Part shown: one piece after another, positions 47,554 to 58,514 of the stretch | Numbering within the stretch: the first letter of the stretch is position 1 | How the letters are laid out: every line of letters starts with the position of its first letter | The notes under the pieces: model-generated | Databases searched by the model: none | What the model was told of the DNA's origin: nothing | The model's input: only the letters and a program-made list of their open reading frames with translations | Source of the DNA: a virus | Reading direction: 5' to 3' (one strand) | Length of the DNA: 64,000 nucleotides | IMG/VR virus record: IMGVR_UViG_3300046832_001910 | Location: 32,001-96,000 of that record | Translations under genes and position numbers: made by a program

Positions 47554-48519
47554 ATGAAGTATTTTAATACATACCAAGAATTCCTAAATGAAAAGTATAT
47601 TTATCCTGATAATGTAAAAGTAACTGGTGATAAGATACTTGATAAATTTGCAAAATTAATTCATACTCCCTCTGGTACTGTAAAGATTATGTCTTGGGCA
47701 GTACAAGGTCTTTCTGTTCCTTTTATGAATGGTCCTCAGACTTTTTCTGTTACAGGAAACCCATCAGAAGATACTTATGCAATTCGTACCTCTAACGGTT
47801 TATTTAGACTAAAGAAGGATCAAATTAAAAAGGCTGAAGAACTGTATGACGAAGTTGAATCACTGGTACAGGCAGGTAAACCTAAAAGAAGTGTTGAAGA
47901 ATCTTTAAGCGAATCTATTAATATTAAAGATATTAAAGTAGGTACGATTCTAAACTTTAAAGATGGCGAAGTGTGGAAGGTTACAAAGATTGCTGGTCCT
48001 TCATCAAATCCTAGAGGGTTTTTTGCCAAACCACACGATGAAAAGACAAAGAAGGCTAATACATCTGTTGAGATTGAGCTAAAGCCCGACTTTTTACAAA
48101 AAGAATTAGAATCTTTAAATGAATCGTCTCAGATTAAAGTAGGCACTTTCGTTAGATATAAAAAAGATAAAGATTTTACAGGAGGAAAGGTAATATCTAT
48201 TAACGGTGGCAATGTAGAAATCCACAACTGGGACGGATCTACAATTGAATTACCTATCAAGGATTTAGAATATGTAAAATCTTGGAATGAATCTATTGAT
48301 TCTGCTATAAAAATTCTTAAAAAAGAAAACATTATGGCATATCCTAATCCCGAAGATTTGGCAAAAGCAATTCATAAGCATTATAAAGAAATTACTGGTA
48401 ATAAATACGAAGATGCCGTTGAAATGTCAATGAATGATAAAGTGGCTGATATCGTATCATACTTTAAAATTGACGGTTCTGATTTTATGTCCGCTTGGGA
48501 TAAAACAATAAAAGATTAA
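47554..48519 (+). CDS. Multi-module protein (MKYFNTYQEFLNE) with SH3/KOW-like modules
   Basis: ESLSE/ESLNE linkers; IKVGT-start beta modules. Confidence 0.65.
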   Translation: MKYFNTYQEFLNEKYIYPDNVKVTGDKILDKFAKLIHTPSGTVKIMSWAVQGLSVPFMNGPQTFSVTGNPSEDTYAIRTSNGLFRLKKDQIKKAEELYDEVESLVQAGKPKRSVEESLSESINIKDIKVGTILNFKDGEVWKVTKIAGPSSNPRGFFAKPHDEKTKKANTSVEIELKPDFLQKELESLNESSQIKVGTFVRYKKDKDFTGGKVISINGGNVEIHNWDGSTIELPIKDLEYVKSWNESIDSAIKILKKENIMAYPNPEDLAKAIHKHYKEITGNKYEDAVEMSMNDKVADIVSYFKIDGSDFMSAWDKTIKD

Positions 48520-48521
48520 TT

Positions 48522-48938
48522 ATGATAACTACATTTAACAATTTCGTAAACGAAAATTTTGGAGAAGCACAAGATCTTTATGGATCATTTTTTGTGGCTA
48601 TGTTAGGACTTAGAGATCAAGCTCATGTCTTCCATTGGCAAACAGAATCATTTGCACAACATAGTGCATTTGGCGGATTTTATGATACCTACCTAGACCT
48701 AGTTGATAAACTAGCAGAATCCCTAATCGGTGTTCATGGAAGACCTTCTTTTATGGAAGCTGAAATTGAATTATCTGGTTATAGCGACCAAAACATTATG
48801 ATCTTTATAGAAAAAGCATATGAACTATTCTTAGGCCAAGGTACTGAATTGGCTGGAGGTAACTCCGAGATTAAGAATATCATTGATGAGATTATTGCTG
48901 AACTTGATAAACTAAAGTATCTTCTTACACTAAAATAA
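48522..48938 (+). CDS. Ferritin/Dps-like four-helix protein (DUF5856-like)
   Basis: HVFHWQT..FAQH.A....Y......DKLAE; NIIDEI...KLKYLL. Confidence 0.75.
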   Translation: MITTFNNFVNENFGEAQDLYGSFFVAMLGLRDQAHVFHWQTESFAQHSAFGGFYDTYLDLVDKLAESLIGVHGRPSFMEAEIELSGYSDQNIMIFIEKAYELFLGQGTELAGGNSEIKNIIDEIIAELDKLKYLLTLK

Positions 48939-49234
48939 TGAAACACGTAAAACTGTTTGAGGCATGGTTAAATGAAGGAAAGCCTAAAGGTGCTCCTGAC
49001 TGGCATGATTCAGATGCCCCTGATGCAGAAGGCCGTTTTCGTGATCTTAATCCAAAAGAACTTGCTGCATGGCTAATTAAAACCAGAAAAGGTGATCTTA
49101 AAAGGATAAGTGGATCATTAACTCAACAGGTTGTATTTAACCGCAATGATGATCCTGCATATGCAGATAAAATGGAAAGAACCAGAAAAGAAGTTTATAA
49201 ACAATTAGGTAGAGAAGATCTCTTAAAGAAATAG
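48938..49234 (+). CDS. Putative head-internal protein (MKHVKLFEAWLNE)
   Basis: Shared N-terminal motif. Confidence 0.65.
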   Translation: MKHVKLFEAWLNEGKPKGAPDWHDSDAPDAEGRFRDLNPKELAAWLIKTRKGDLKRISGSLTQQVVFNRNDDPAYADKMERTRKEVYKQLGREDLLKK

Positions 49235-49236
49235 TT

Positions 49237-49584
49237 ATGGGTTGTAAATGTAAAGATTGTAAATGCAATGAAATGACAAATGAACAGATCATTTCGCAAA
49301 TGGATGATCAGACCAAACCTTACGTAGAAACCATCATAGATAGAAATATAAGAATAAGACATTTTGATACTCGTTATGGGGATCATTTGTTTAAATGGCA
49401 CTGGGATGAAGAAGATCGTTGGATTGAACCAACTGGTGAAACTGATTGGACTTTTCAATTTGATGATGAACTACCTCAATCCCTAGAACCTAATAAAATC
49501 ATTATGATACCTAAAGGAGTTTATCATAGACTTATTAAAGGTACTCATATTTTATCTCTTAAAATATCAACAATTCCTTACTAA
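49237..49584 (+). CDS. Cupin-domain protein
   Basis: WHWDEEDR...IPKGVYHRLIKG. Confidence 0.75.
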   Translation: MGCKCKDCKCNEMTNEQIISQMDDQTKPYVETIIDRNIRIRHFDTRYGDHLFKWHWDEEDRWIEPTGETDWTFQFDDELPQSLEPNKIIMIPKGVYHRLIKGTHILSLKISTIPY

Positions 49585-49636
49585 TCTGTTCTTAAACCAT
49601 TTTCAATATATGAGTATAATTAATATACTTTGAAAT

Positions 49637-51661
49637 ATGGGAGAAATATATCCAGACGATAATAGAGAACAGGAATCTCAAAAGCAATTTAAGCCAAAAA
49701 GGTCAACTCTACAGATCTTAGAAACATACGGAACAAACATCAGTAAGTTGGCAACAGAAGGTAAACTTGACCCTGTTGTTGGTAGAGAAGAGGAGATTCT
49801 TAGAACAATACAGATCCTTGGTAGACGCAGAAAAAATAACCCAGTTCTTGTTGGAGAACCTGGTGTTGGTAAAACCGCTATCGTTGAAGGATTAGCAATG
49901 AGAATGATTGAAGGTAATGTACCTGCTTCATTACAAGGAAAAATCATTTATACTCTTGAGCTAGGTACGATTGTAGCCGGTACTAAATATCGTGGCCAAT
50001 TTGAGGAGAGAATGAAAGCCATCGTTGATGAGTTAATTGCTAATCCTCATGTAATTATTTTCATTGATGAATTACATACCCTTGTAGGCGCAGGCGGAAC
50101 ATCAGGTTCTTTGGATGCCTCAAACATTATTAAGCCTGCCTTGGCACGTGGAGATATCCGCTGTATTGGAGCAACTACTTTTGATGAGTTTAGAGAAAAT
50201 ATTGAACAAGATGGCGCCTTAGACCGAAGATTCCAAAAAGTAGTGGTGGATCCTGCTACAACCGAAGAAACCCAAATCATTTTAACAAACATTAAACATA
50301 AGTATGAATCGTTTCACAATGTTTCATACTCTGAAGAAATCATTTCTCTTATTGTTAAATTGGCGGATCAATACATAATGGAAAGGTTCTTACCAGATAA
50401 AGCCGTAGATATATTGGATGAGGTAGGTTCTTTTAAACATTTAAGTAATATGAAGGTTCCAAAGAAGATAAAAACTTTAGAGGAAAAGCTTCATAATAAA
50501 GAAGCAGATAAAAATGCGGCTGTGGCCAGACAAAATTATGAAGCGGCTGCAAAAGAACGAGATATTTGTATACAATTAAAAGATCAAATTCAAAGAGAAT
50601 ATTCTATTTGGAAAAGAGACATATCCGAAAACAAACTTGAAATTACAACAGATGATGTTCTTACTGTAGTGTCAAAAGGAACCGGCATTCCTTTAGAAAA
50701 AATTAGTGATAAGGAAAACAAAAACCTAATAGGTCTTAATGATCATTTATCATCTCGTGTGATTGGTCAAAAGGAAGCCATTGATAAAATTTCAATAACA
50801 ATCCAAAGAAACCGAGTAGGTATTAGAAAGAGAGACCGTACAGTTGGAAACTTTATTTTCTTAGGTCCTACTGGTGTTGGTAAAACCCAGTTGGCTAAAG
50901 AGATCGCAAGTTATATGTATAGCTCTGAAGATAGTCTTATTAGAATAGACATGTCAGAGTATATGGAACCTCATTCTGTCTCTAAGTTAATTGGATCCCC
51001 TCCTGGATATGTTGGACACGAATCTGGTGGGTTTCTAACGGAGCAGGTAAAGAGAAAACCACATTCTGTTATATTATTTGATGAAGTAGAAAAAGCTCAT
51101 CCAGAAGTGTTTAATGTGCTCTTACAAATGTTAGATGATGGGCGGCTTACTGATTCTCTTGGTAGGACTATTGATTTTAGAAACTGTTTGGTTATCTTAA
51201 CCTCTAATACAGGAAGTAGAAAACTTGAAGAGTTTGGAGAAGGGATTGGATTTAGACCATCTTCAACAATTGCTGAAAAGACCCATGCTGAAAAGGAGGT
51301 TCTAAAGAAAGCTCTAAATCATAAATTTTCTCCAGAGTTCTTAAATCGTATTGATGAAATTATTATCTTTAATAAGTTATCTAAAGAGGATGTATTTTAC
51401 ATTTTGGATAATGAATGTAATGAACTTAAAGATAACCTATTTGAGGTTGGTGAATATGATTTTAGAATTAGTAAGGCTGCAAAAGAAATTATCATAAATG
51501 AAGGTTATGATCCTAAGTTTGGTGCTCGTCCGCTAAAAAGAACTCTTGAAAGACTGATTGAAAATCCTATAGCTGAAATGATACTTAAAGGCCAATTACA
51601 ACCAGGCGATAAGATTAAAGTTGGGGTAGTCAAGGAATCAATAAAAATTGAAAAAGGTTAA
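49637..51661 (+). CDS. clpC: ClpC-like AAA+ unfoldase lacking the N-terminal Clp repeat domain
   Basis: [24 protein letters not shown]-like coil, [25 protein letters not shown]. Confidence 0.9.
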   Translation: MGEIYPDDNREQESQKQFKPKRSTLQILETYGTNISKLATEGKLDPVVGREEEILRTIQILGRRRKNNPVLVGEPGVGKTAIVEGLAMRMIEGNVPASLQGKIIYTLELGTIVAGTKYRGQFEERMKAIVDELIANPHVIIFIDELHTLVGAGGTSGSLDASNIIKPALARGDIRCIGATTFDEFRENIEQDGALDRRFQKVVVDPATTEETQIILTNIKHKYESFHNVSYSEEIISLIVKLADQYIMERFLPDKAVDILDEVGSFKHLSNMKVPKKIKTLEEKLHNKEADKNAAVARQNYEAAAKERDICIQLKDQIQREYSIWKRDISENKLEITTDDVLTVVSKGTGIPLEKISDKENKNLIGLNDHLSSRVIGQKEAIDKISITIQRNRVGIRKRDRTVGNFIFLGPTGVGKTQLAKEIASYMYSSEDSLIRIDMSEYMEPHSVSKLIGSPPGYVGHESGGFLTEQVKRKPHSVILFDEVEKAHPEVFNVLLQMLDDGRLTDSLGRTIDFRNCLVILTSNTGSRKLEEFGEGIGFRPSSTIAEKTHAEKEVLKKALNHKFSPEFLNRIDEIIIFNKLSKEDVFYILDNECNELKDNLFEVGEYDFRISKAAKEIIINEGYDPKFGARPLKRTLERLIENPIAEMILKGQLQPGDKIKVGVVKESIKIEKG

Positions 51662-51713
51662 ACCTTTTAGGTATCTTACATATAAAAATAAACCAGAATC
51701 TTATTTGTCAAAA

Positions 51714-52766
51714 ATGAATAACACCTATCTAACCTACGATGATATTCAGTTAGTTCCACGTTTTTCTAATGTTAAATCACGTCAAGATATTTCTTTAAGA
51801 ACAAAACTATCCAGGAGATATGATCTTTTATTGCCTATCGTGGCATCTCCTATGGATACCGTCTGTGATTCAACAATGGCCATCAAAATGTTTCGTTTAG
51901 GTGGCGTTGGATGTATTCATAGATTTAATACACCAGAAGAACAGGCCCAATTGGTAAGAGAAACCTGCTATGAAATGTTTGGAGAAAATGGAGAAGGTCA
52001 TTTATGGTTTGATTGGAGTAATGAAGATAACATTCCTATTATGGCTGCAATCGGTGTTAGTGAAGATGATAAGGTAAGAGCAACGTTATTGGATGAAGCA
52101 GGTGTAAATGTTATTCTTATTGATGTTGCTCACGGCGACCACCAAAATGTAATTGATATGATTCATTGGTGCAAACAAAACCTAAGTGAAAGAATTGATA
52201 TTATTGCAGGAAATATTGCAACAGCCGAGGCTGCTCAAAGATTACAAGATGCAGGAGCAGATGGTTTAAGAGTAGGTATTGGCGGTGGGTCTTTATGTAC
52301 TACAAGAATTAAAACTGGGTTTGGTGTTCCTAATGTAACATGTATTGAAAATATTTCAAAGGTTGCTGAAGTGCCTATTATGGCAGACGGTGGAATCCGA
52401 ACCAGTGGTGATATGGCAAAGGCACTTGCTGTTGGTGCATCTAATGTAATGATAGGTTCACTTATTGCAGGTACTGATGAAGCACCTGGTCAAATAATTG
52501 AAAAACCAAACGGTCTTTATAAAAGATACCGAGGATCTGCATCATTGGAAACAAAAACTGTTCACGGACAAGCACAAAGAAATGTTGAAGGTGAGTCAAC
52601 GGTAATCCCATATAAAGGTGGAGTAAAGTTTATCATAAACGGATTAACTGATGGCATCCGTTCTGCTCTATCTTATGCAGGTGCAGATTCACTTAGTCAT
52701 TATCACCCTGATTATGTTATCGTAACTAACTCAGGAATTAACGAAGCAAAACCACATCTATTATGA
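51714..52766 (+). CDS. IMP dehydrogenase / GMP reductase (no CBS domains)
   Basis: LTYDDI.LVP, SPMDTV, IDVAHG, GIGGGSLCTTR, ADGGI, YRGSAS, VEG. Confidence 0.9.
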   Translation: MNNTYLTYDDIQLVPRFSNVKSRQDISLRTKLSRRYDLLLPIVASPMDTVCDSTMAIKMFRLGGVGCIHRFNTPEEQAQLVRETCYEMFGENGEGHLWFDWSNEDNIPIMAAIGVSEDDKVRATLLDEAGVNVILIDVAHGDHQNVIDMIHWCKQNLSERIDIIAGNIATAEAAQRLQDAGADGLRVGIGGGSLCTTRIKTGFGVPNVTCIENISKVAEVPIMADGGIRTSGDMAKALAVGASNVMIGSLIAGTDEAPGQIIEKPNGLYKRYRGSASLETKTVHGQAQRNVEGESTVIPYKGGVKFIINGLTDGIRSALSYAGADSLSHYHPDYVIVTNSGINEAKPHLL

Positions 52767-53053
52767 ATTTAATTCACAAGATTACATCAACAAAAGAAAA
52801 GACATTAAACATTTATCTAGATGATTCTTTTATAACGGTACATCACTTAGGGATATATGAAGATATTAAGTGGTATACATGGTCTTCATGGGGTCCAACT
52901 GAAGGTCTTTTTCCTGATTATGATAGTCATTTAGTAACAGAGGAAAAGATTATAGAGCGTCTTTCTTTACTGTCTGACTTAAAAGATAATCAGAAATTCA
53001 ACCCTGAAGAAATTCATGCAATTAATCTCTTTTTTGGTAAAGTAATACTATGA
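52763..53053 (+). CDS. Hypothetical protein
   Basis: ATGA overlap, 96 aa. Confidence 0.6.
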   Translation: MNLIHKITSTKEKTLNIYLDDSFITVHHLGIYEDIKWYTWSSWGPTEGLFPDYDSHLVTEEKIIERLSLLSDLKDNQKFNPEEIHAINLFFGKVIL

Positions 53054-53262
53054 GTAATCCTAAAGATTTTCTAGATGAATTTCATTATCATGAGGCATTA
53101 GATAGAGTTCATCTAATTGCAACAATTATAGATGATCATCTTATACAACATCCGGTGTGTAAGATAGATAAAGAAGTTGCAAAACCTATTGAAGAAGCTT
53201 TAGTACTTCTTGCCGAGGCATATCAGATAATAGGAGGCAAACATTTTAATAAAGAAAAGTAA
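53050..53262 (+). CDS. Hypothetical protein
   Basis: DEFHYHEALDR motif, 70 aa. Confidence 0.65.
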   Translation: MSNPKDFLDEFHYHEALDRVHLIATIIDDHLIQHPVCKIDKEVAKPIEEALVLLAEAYQIIGGKHFNKEK

Positions 53263-53264
53263 AT

Positions 53265-55121
53265 ATGACAAATTCAAGATCAAATGTGGTTAAGATGACT
53301 GAACATGAGTTTATGTCCCAGTTATCGCAAACACCTTTTGCAAAACCTAAAATTGCTTTAGGATTTTCGGTAGGACACGATAAAGGGGCAGTTCTTATCA
53401 TCAATGGTAAAATTGCAGTTGGAATATCAGAAGAAAGACTATCAAGAATCAAACATGATAGACCGTGGAACTATAATCTTCCTCTTGCATCAATTAATTA
53501 TTGTTTAGATTATGCAGGTATAGGTTATGATGATGTTGATATTTATGCATATAATACGGCTGAGGTTGGCTCTCAACCTATTGAAGACATTAAAAATGAA
53601 TTTCATATATTTTTAAGACAACCTTTAGATAAATTGAAATTCTTAAATCATCATGAGGCACATGCATATTCAACATTCTTTAGTTCAGGTTTAACTGAAG
53701 CCGCAGTAGTTGTTGCCGATGCAAACGGTAATGGAATCATTCCAGGAACACCTGCATATGAAAAACTTGCAAAGAATCATCCTAAGTATTTAGAAGAATT
53801 ACCTAAAGGTCGATTCTGGGCGGAAGGTACTTCAATATATCATTTTACTCTTGATGGGTTTACAGAATTAGAAAAGGATTTTGTTTTACAACCACATCCA
53901 TCGGTTGATGATTATAAGGTTAATGAAAGATATAACATTGGCCACGTTTATGCTTTTGCTACAATGAAACTTGTGTATAAGTATAATGAAAAAGATCCTA
54001 ATAAAAATTGGCCAGCATCAAGTGCAGGAAAGCTTATGGGATTGGCATCTTTTGGAAATAAAGGATGGGTAGAAACTCAACCTTACTTATGTGAATACGA
54101 TGATGTAAATCATACCTTTACAAATAAGGCTGGTTACATTCACTCTGTTTATCCTGGGGTAAATATAGATTCAAATTTTGCTGAACGAGCAAATGTAGCT
54201 GCAGTGTTTCAACGTGAACAAGAGAGAATGTCGCTATCGCTTGCCAAGAGAGCCAAAAAATTATCAAGATCAAAAAACATCTGTTTATCAGGTGGATCTT
54301 TCCTAAACTGTAATTCTAATGAAATCATAATTAATAGCGGTGAATTTGATAATTGTTATTTTGTACCACCTGCTGATGATAGTGGTATTCCATTAGGCTG
54401 TGCATGGTTTGCATATCAACAAATATCAAAAATTACTGAGAATGTATTTCTTTCACCCTATTTAGGAAAGAGTTACACTTCACTTGAAACGGAAAAGGAT
54501 TTTCAGAAGTTTCTTAGAGAATACCCTGATGCAATAAATTACATTACAATCTTTGATCATGATGATCAAGAAGTCTTGGTTACCCATATTACCGATTTAC
54601 TTAATAGTAATAAAGTTGTAGGAATGCATAGAGAAGGATCTGAAATTGGTCCTAGGGCTTTAGGTAATCGTTCAATCTTAGCATCTCCTATTATGCCGTG
54701 GATGCAGAATTATGTAAATATGCATGTTAAGAATAGAGAATGGTTTAGACCGTTTGCACCTTCGGTGTTATCAGAAAGAGTATCTGATATCTTTGATATT
54801 AGTGCATTCTCACCTTATATGTTGGTTACATGTAATGTTAAAGAAAAATGGCGTTCAAAGATTCCTGCTGTAGTTCATATTGATAACACATCAAGAATAC
54901 AGGCAGTAAGAAAAGATATTAATCCATTCTATCATAGGCTTATAACAAAATTTGAAGAGTGGACTGGAGTCCCAGTAATTCTTAATACATCATTTAACGG
55001 AGCTCACGAACCTATGGTTGAAACACCATACGATGCAATGAAAACATTTTGGACCTGTAACCTGGATGCAGTATGTATAGGAAGTAAATTAATTGTTAGA
55101 AATTCTTATTTTAATCAATGA
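53265..55121 (+). CDS. Carbamoyltransferase (NodU/CmcH/TobZ family)
   Basis: GHD, EERLSRIKH, HHEAHA, GKLMGLA, GPRALGNRSILA, REWFRPFAP, HIDNTSRIQ, LNTSFN. Confidence 0.92.
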   Translation: MTNSRSNVVKMTEHEFMSQLSQTPFAKPKIALGFSVGHDKGAVLIINGKIAVGISEERLSRIKHDRPWNYNLPLASINYCLDYAGIGYDDVDIYAYNTAEVGSQPIEDIKNEFHIFLRQPLDKLKFLNHHEAHAYSTFFSSGLTEAAVVVADANGNGIIPGTPAYEKLAKNHPKYLEELPKGRFWAEGTSIYHFTLDGFTELEKDFVLQPHPSVDDYKVNERYNIGHVYAFATMKLVYKYNEKDPNKNWPASSAGKLMGLASFGNKGWVETQPYLCEYDDVNHTFTNKAGYIHSVYPGVNIDSNFAERANVAAVFQREQERMSLSLAKRAKKLSRSKNICLSGGSFLNCNSNEIIINSGEFDNCYFVPPADDSGIPLGCAWFAYQQISKITENVFLSPYLGKSYTSLETEKDFQKFLREYPDAINYITIFDHDDQEVLVTHITDLLNSNKVVGMHREGSEIGPRALGNRSILASPIMPWMQNYVNMHVKNREWFRPFAPSVLSERVSDIFDISAFSPYMLVTCNVKEKWRSKIPAVVHIDNTSRIQAVRKDINPFYHRLITKFEEWTGVPVILNTSFNGAHEPMVETPYDAMKTFWTCNLDAVCIGSKLIVRNSYFNQ

Positions 55122-55306
55122 GAAAGTTTATAGAATTTACTCTTATTTGGATAAGTCAAAATATGGCTATTCCTTTTTGGATGGTAGGACATATACATTT
55201 AATGACTTCCGTATATGAAGACATCCATGAAGTAATAATGAGTTTAGGAATGAATATTATTGTAGGAGTAGGGTTCTATTTAGATTGGAGAAAAACAAAA
55301 AAATGA
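55118..55306 (+). CDS. Small membrane protein
   Basis: 62 aa, two hydrophobic segments. Confidence 0.6.
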   Translation: MRKFIEFTLIWISQNMAIPFWMVGHIHLMTSVYEDIHEVIMSLGMNIIVGVGFYLDWRKTKK

Positions 55307-56511
55307 ATAACTTAGATAAGCAATATCAAGATCTACTTAAGACCATTTTAGAACATGGTGTAGAGAAAGGGGATCGTACTGGAGTTGGAACAAAGAGTAT
55401 CTTTGGTTACACTATCAGACATAATATGCAAGATGGGTTTCCTCTTCTTACAACTAAAAAGATGGCATGGAAACAAATCGTAACCGAATTAGTTTGGTTC
55501 TTGCGTGGAGACACAAACATTAAATTCCTTATTGACAATAATTGTCATATTTGGGATGGTGATGCTTACCAAGCCTATATTAAAAGATATAATAAAGGTG
55601 AATATGTTGGTAAAACCAAATTATTAGAGAATTCTAAGAAAAATAGAACATTAACTGAACCATTTACAATAGAAGAATTCATTGACAAAATCAAAACCGA
55701 TGATGAGTTTGCTAAGAAGTGGGGTGAATTAGGTCCAATTTACGGTGCACAGTGGAGAGATTGGGGAAGCGAGGTAGAGTTTGGCCAAGGTGAAAGCGTG
55801 TTATATGGTGGAATTGACCAAATTCAAAACCTAATTAATGATCTTAAAACAAACCCAGACTCAAGAAGATTAATGGTTAATGCTTGGAATGTTAAAGAAT
55901 TAGACCAAATGGTTCTTCCACCCTGTCATTATGGGTTTCAAGTTTATACTAGAAAAACTACCAGAGAAGAAAAAATAGTTAATCCTGGAAAATATAGAGC
56001 AATCTCATTAATGTGGAATCAACGTTCAGTGGATACATTCTTAGGTTTACCGTTTAACATTGCTTCTTATGGTCTTTTATTAGAGATTATTGCCAAAGCA
56101 GTCAATATGGTTCCAGATCAATTAATTGGTAACTTAGGTGATACTCACATTTACTTAAATCATATAGATGCAGTTAAAGAACAGATAGGTAGAGAAATGA
56201 CCTGGGAAGAACAAGTTCAATGGGTCATGAAAAATACTGATGTTGAATTAGAAAATCTCTACATAGTAGAAGAAATTGCTAAAGACTCTACCCCAAAGCA
56301 TACAAGACAACCTTATCCTCTACCAAAGTTAAATATTAATACTGAATGGTGGCCAACTGAAAGTGGCGAATGTGGTGAAGGTCCTATTGATGCATTAGGT
56401 GTTTTTAGAAGCTTTTCAGATATTAATTTCTGTAAGTGCCTAATAGAGGAAGATATTCAATTAGGTAAGTATAAATGCCATCCTACAATTAAAGCACCGT
56501 TAAATAATTAA
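55303..56511 (+). CDS. thyA: Thymidylate synthase (with insertions)
   Basis: DRTGVGT, FPLLTTK, ELVWFL, LGPIYG.QWR, SRR, LPPCH, QRSVDTFLGLPFN, GDTHIY. Confidence 0.95.
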   Translation: MNNLDKQYQDLLKTILEHGVEKGDRTGVGTKSIFGYTIRHNMQDGFPLLTTKKMAWKQIVTELVWFLRGDTNIKFLIDNNCHIWDGDAYQAYIKRYNKGEYVGKTKLLENSKKNRTLTEPFTIEEFIDKIKTDDEFAKKWGELGPIYGAQWRDWGSEVEFGQGESVLYGGIDQIQNLINDLKTNPDSRRLMVNAWNVKELDQMVLPPCHYGFQVYTRKTTREEKIVNPGKYRAISLMWNQRSVDTFLGLPFNIASYGLLLEIIAKAVNMVPDQLIGNLGDTHIYLNHIDAVKEQIGREMTWEEQVQWVMKNTDVELENLYIVEEIAKDSTPKHTRQPYPLPKLNINTEWWPTESGECGEGPIDALGVFRSFSDINFCKCLIEEDIQLGKYKCHPTIKAPLNN

Positions 56512-56512
56512 T

Positions 56513-57490
56513 ATGAGACCAGAACTTTTAGGAATACATACAGCATATACCCCAACAAATAGAAGAGGTACCGCAAAGATCCATCACATGATGAGATTTG
56601 AATCATTAACCATGATACTTTCTTGTTTATTTTGGAAAAAGCTACAAGGACCTATAAAGTTATATTGTGATAAAGATTTTTATCATTACATAAAAGTATT
56701 AGGTATTGATAGTTTATGGGATGAAATTGATACAACTACAATATCAAAAGGTTTTGCAAATAATGTTAATCATGATACATTTTGGGCATATGCAAAAATG
56801 TATGTTAACTCATTACAGAAGACACCGTTTGTAAGTGTTGATTTAGATCTTTATCAGGATCAATATTATGATTATAGTACTCATGATATTATATGTTCTC
56901 ATATAGAACTTTCCGATGCTGACCAGGATATGATAGGAAATAAAACTCGTTCTGTTTACTATCCAAATTATTTTGAATGGGATATGTTTAAGGAAAGATT
57001 TTCAAAATTTCCAGATCTTAAGTTTACAAACTACTCTTTAAATGTTGCTATGTTAGCAGTTAATAAACCTGAGTTCTCTAAAGAAGTTTTTGAGGTAGCA
57101 AAATCTTTTGCCAAAAATAACAATTTTGATCCTCAAGATATTACTACACATGGCTATGAAAGACTGATGTACACAATTCATTCGTCTTCCTTAATAACAT
57201 TTATTGAACAAAGAATAGCTGCAGCTGTTGCAAATACAAAAGGTTATAGTGTAAAGACCTTAATGAATTTAGAATATGATGCAGGTAAACAAGGGTGGGT
57301 AGGCGATGTTAATAAAATGAATAATCCAGGCATTACACATCTATGGGGTTGGAAAGCAACAATGAGAATGCCACAAAATAATCAGGCAAGAATTGATCTA
57401 ACTCGTGAATTAGATAGGCAGTTTATTGAGAACTTTCCCGCTGAATATGAAAAGCATATGCCTAGTATCTGGAGATACTGTAACGAATAA
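56513..57490 (+). CDS. Hypothetical protein, possible GT-A-like fold
   Basis: FWAYAK, VDLD (DxD), EQR, HLWG. Confidence 0.55.
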   Translation: MRPELLGIHTAYTPTNRRGTAKIHHMMRFESLTMILSCLFWKKLQGPIKLYCDKDFYHYIKVLGIDSLWDEIDTTTISKGFANNVNHDTFWAYAKMYVNSLQKTPFVSVDLDLYQDQYYDYSTHDIICSHIELSDADQDMIGNKTRSVYYPNYFEWDMFKERFSKFPDLKFTNYSLNVAMLAVNKPEFSKEVFEVAKSFAKNNNFDPQDITTHGYERLMYTIHSSSLITFIEQRIAAAVANTKGYSVKTLMNLEYDAGKQGWVGDVNKMNNPGITHLWGWKATMRMPQNNQARIDLTRELDRQFIENFPAEYEKHMPSIWRYCNE

Positions 57491-57528
57491 ACAATTAGGA
57501 AAAACTACATATAAAAATAAAATAAACT

Positions 57529-58509
57529 ATGCATTCGTGTTCAATTGAAAATGTTAAGTTTTACTTAGATGAAAATGAATATATTTCATACGAGTCTTAC
57601 TTATTACGTGGATGGGTATTTGGTGAAGAGATCAAAATAGAAGACTTACGATTAGTTTCTTCTGATAGAAAAACTGTTTATGATGCTAACATCAAGTATC
57701 CTATTTTAAGATCTGATGTTGGTACCTTTTATCCAGACTTTACTCCAAATTCAAGTAATTCTGGCTTTCAAATAACCTTTAAGTCAGGAGTTGGTGACCA
57801 AGTTATTCTTGAAGCAAAGATAAAAAATAAATGGGTTTTATGTGAAACGATTAATATCATGCCTAATCGTATTATTACACCTGAAACTTTAACTCGTGTA
57901 AACCCAGAATCATATCCTGCTGTGGTTGCTGTTGATAACTTTTATGAAAATCCTGATATCATCAGGGAATTGGCATTAGGCTTAGAATTTAATCCTAGTG
58001 GATATCATAAAGGTAAAAGAACAGAATTAAAGTACATCATTGATGGCACACGTGAAAAGATAGAACAGATCTTAGGAAAGAAGATTCGTAATTGGAGTAG
58101 TCAGCCGCATAATGGAGTATTTCAATATTGTACACCAGCCGATCCTATTGTGTATCATGCAGATTCGCAAAGATATGCAGCCGTCGTATTTTTAACACCT
58201 GATGCACCACCTGAGGCAGGAACTTCTTTTTATAGACATAGAAAGGAAAGATGGTTAGATAAAGATCCTGCAAGATATACCATGTGGAAGAATGAAGAGC
58301 ATATGAGGATCGTTAGAGAAGCCCTTATGGGTAAAGAACACGATGACTTCCTAGATCCTTCTAGATGGGAAGAAGTAGATAGAATAGGAAATAAGTATAA
58401 TCGTTTTGCTATGTGGGATGCTACATTAATTCACTCTGCAACATCATATTTCGGAAAGTCTAAAGAAAACGGTAGATTATTTCATATGTTTTTCTTTGAC
58501 GCATATTAA
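57529..58509 (+). CDS. 2OG-Fe(II) oxygenase-like protein (DUF6445-like) with N-terminal beta domain
   Basis: [41 protein letters not shown]. Confidence 0.7.
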   Translation: MHSCSIENVKFYLDENEYISYESYLLRGWVFGEEIKIEDLRLVSSDRKTVYDANIKYPILRSDVGTFYPDFTPNSSNSGFQITFKSGVGDQVILEAKIKNKWVLCETINIMPNRIITPETLTRVNPESYPAVVAVDNFYENPDIIRELALGLEFNPSGYHKGKRTELKYIIDGTREKIEQILGKKIRNWSSQPHNGVFQYCTPADPIVYHADSQRYAAVVFLTPDAPPEAGTSFYRHRKERWLDKDPARYTMWKNEEHMRIVREALMGKEHDDFLDPSRWEEVDRIGNKYNRFAMWDATLIHSATSYFGKSKENGRLFHMFFFDAY

Positions 58510-58514
58510 TAAAC

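Noticed and set aside
51648-51713. Upstream TTG start for IMPDH/GMPR
   Set aside because: Spans the AAAC-N17-TATAAA promoter; family similarity starts after ATG 51714
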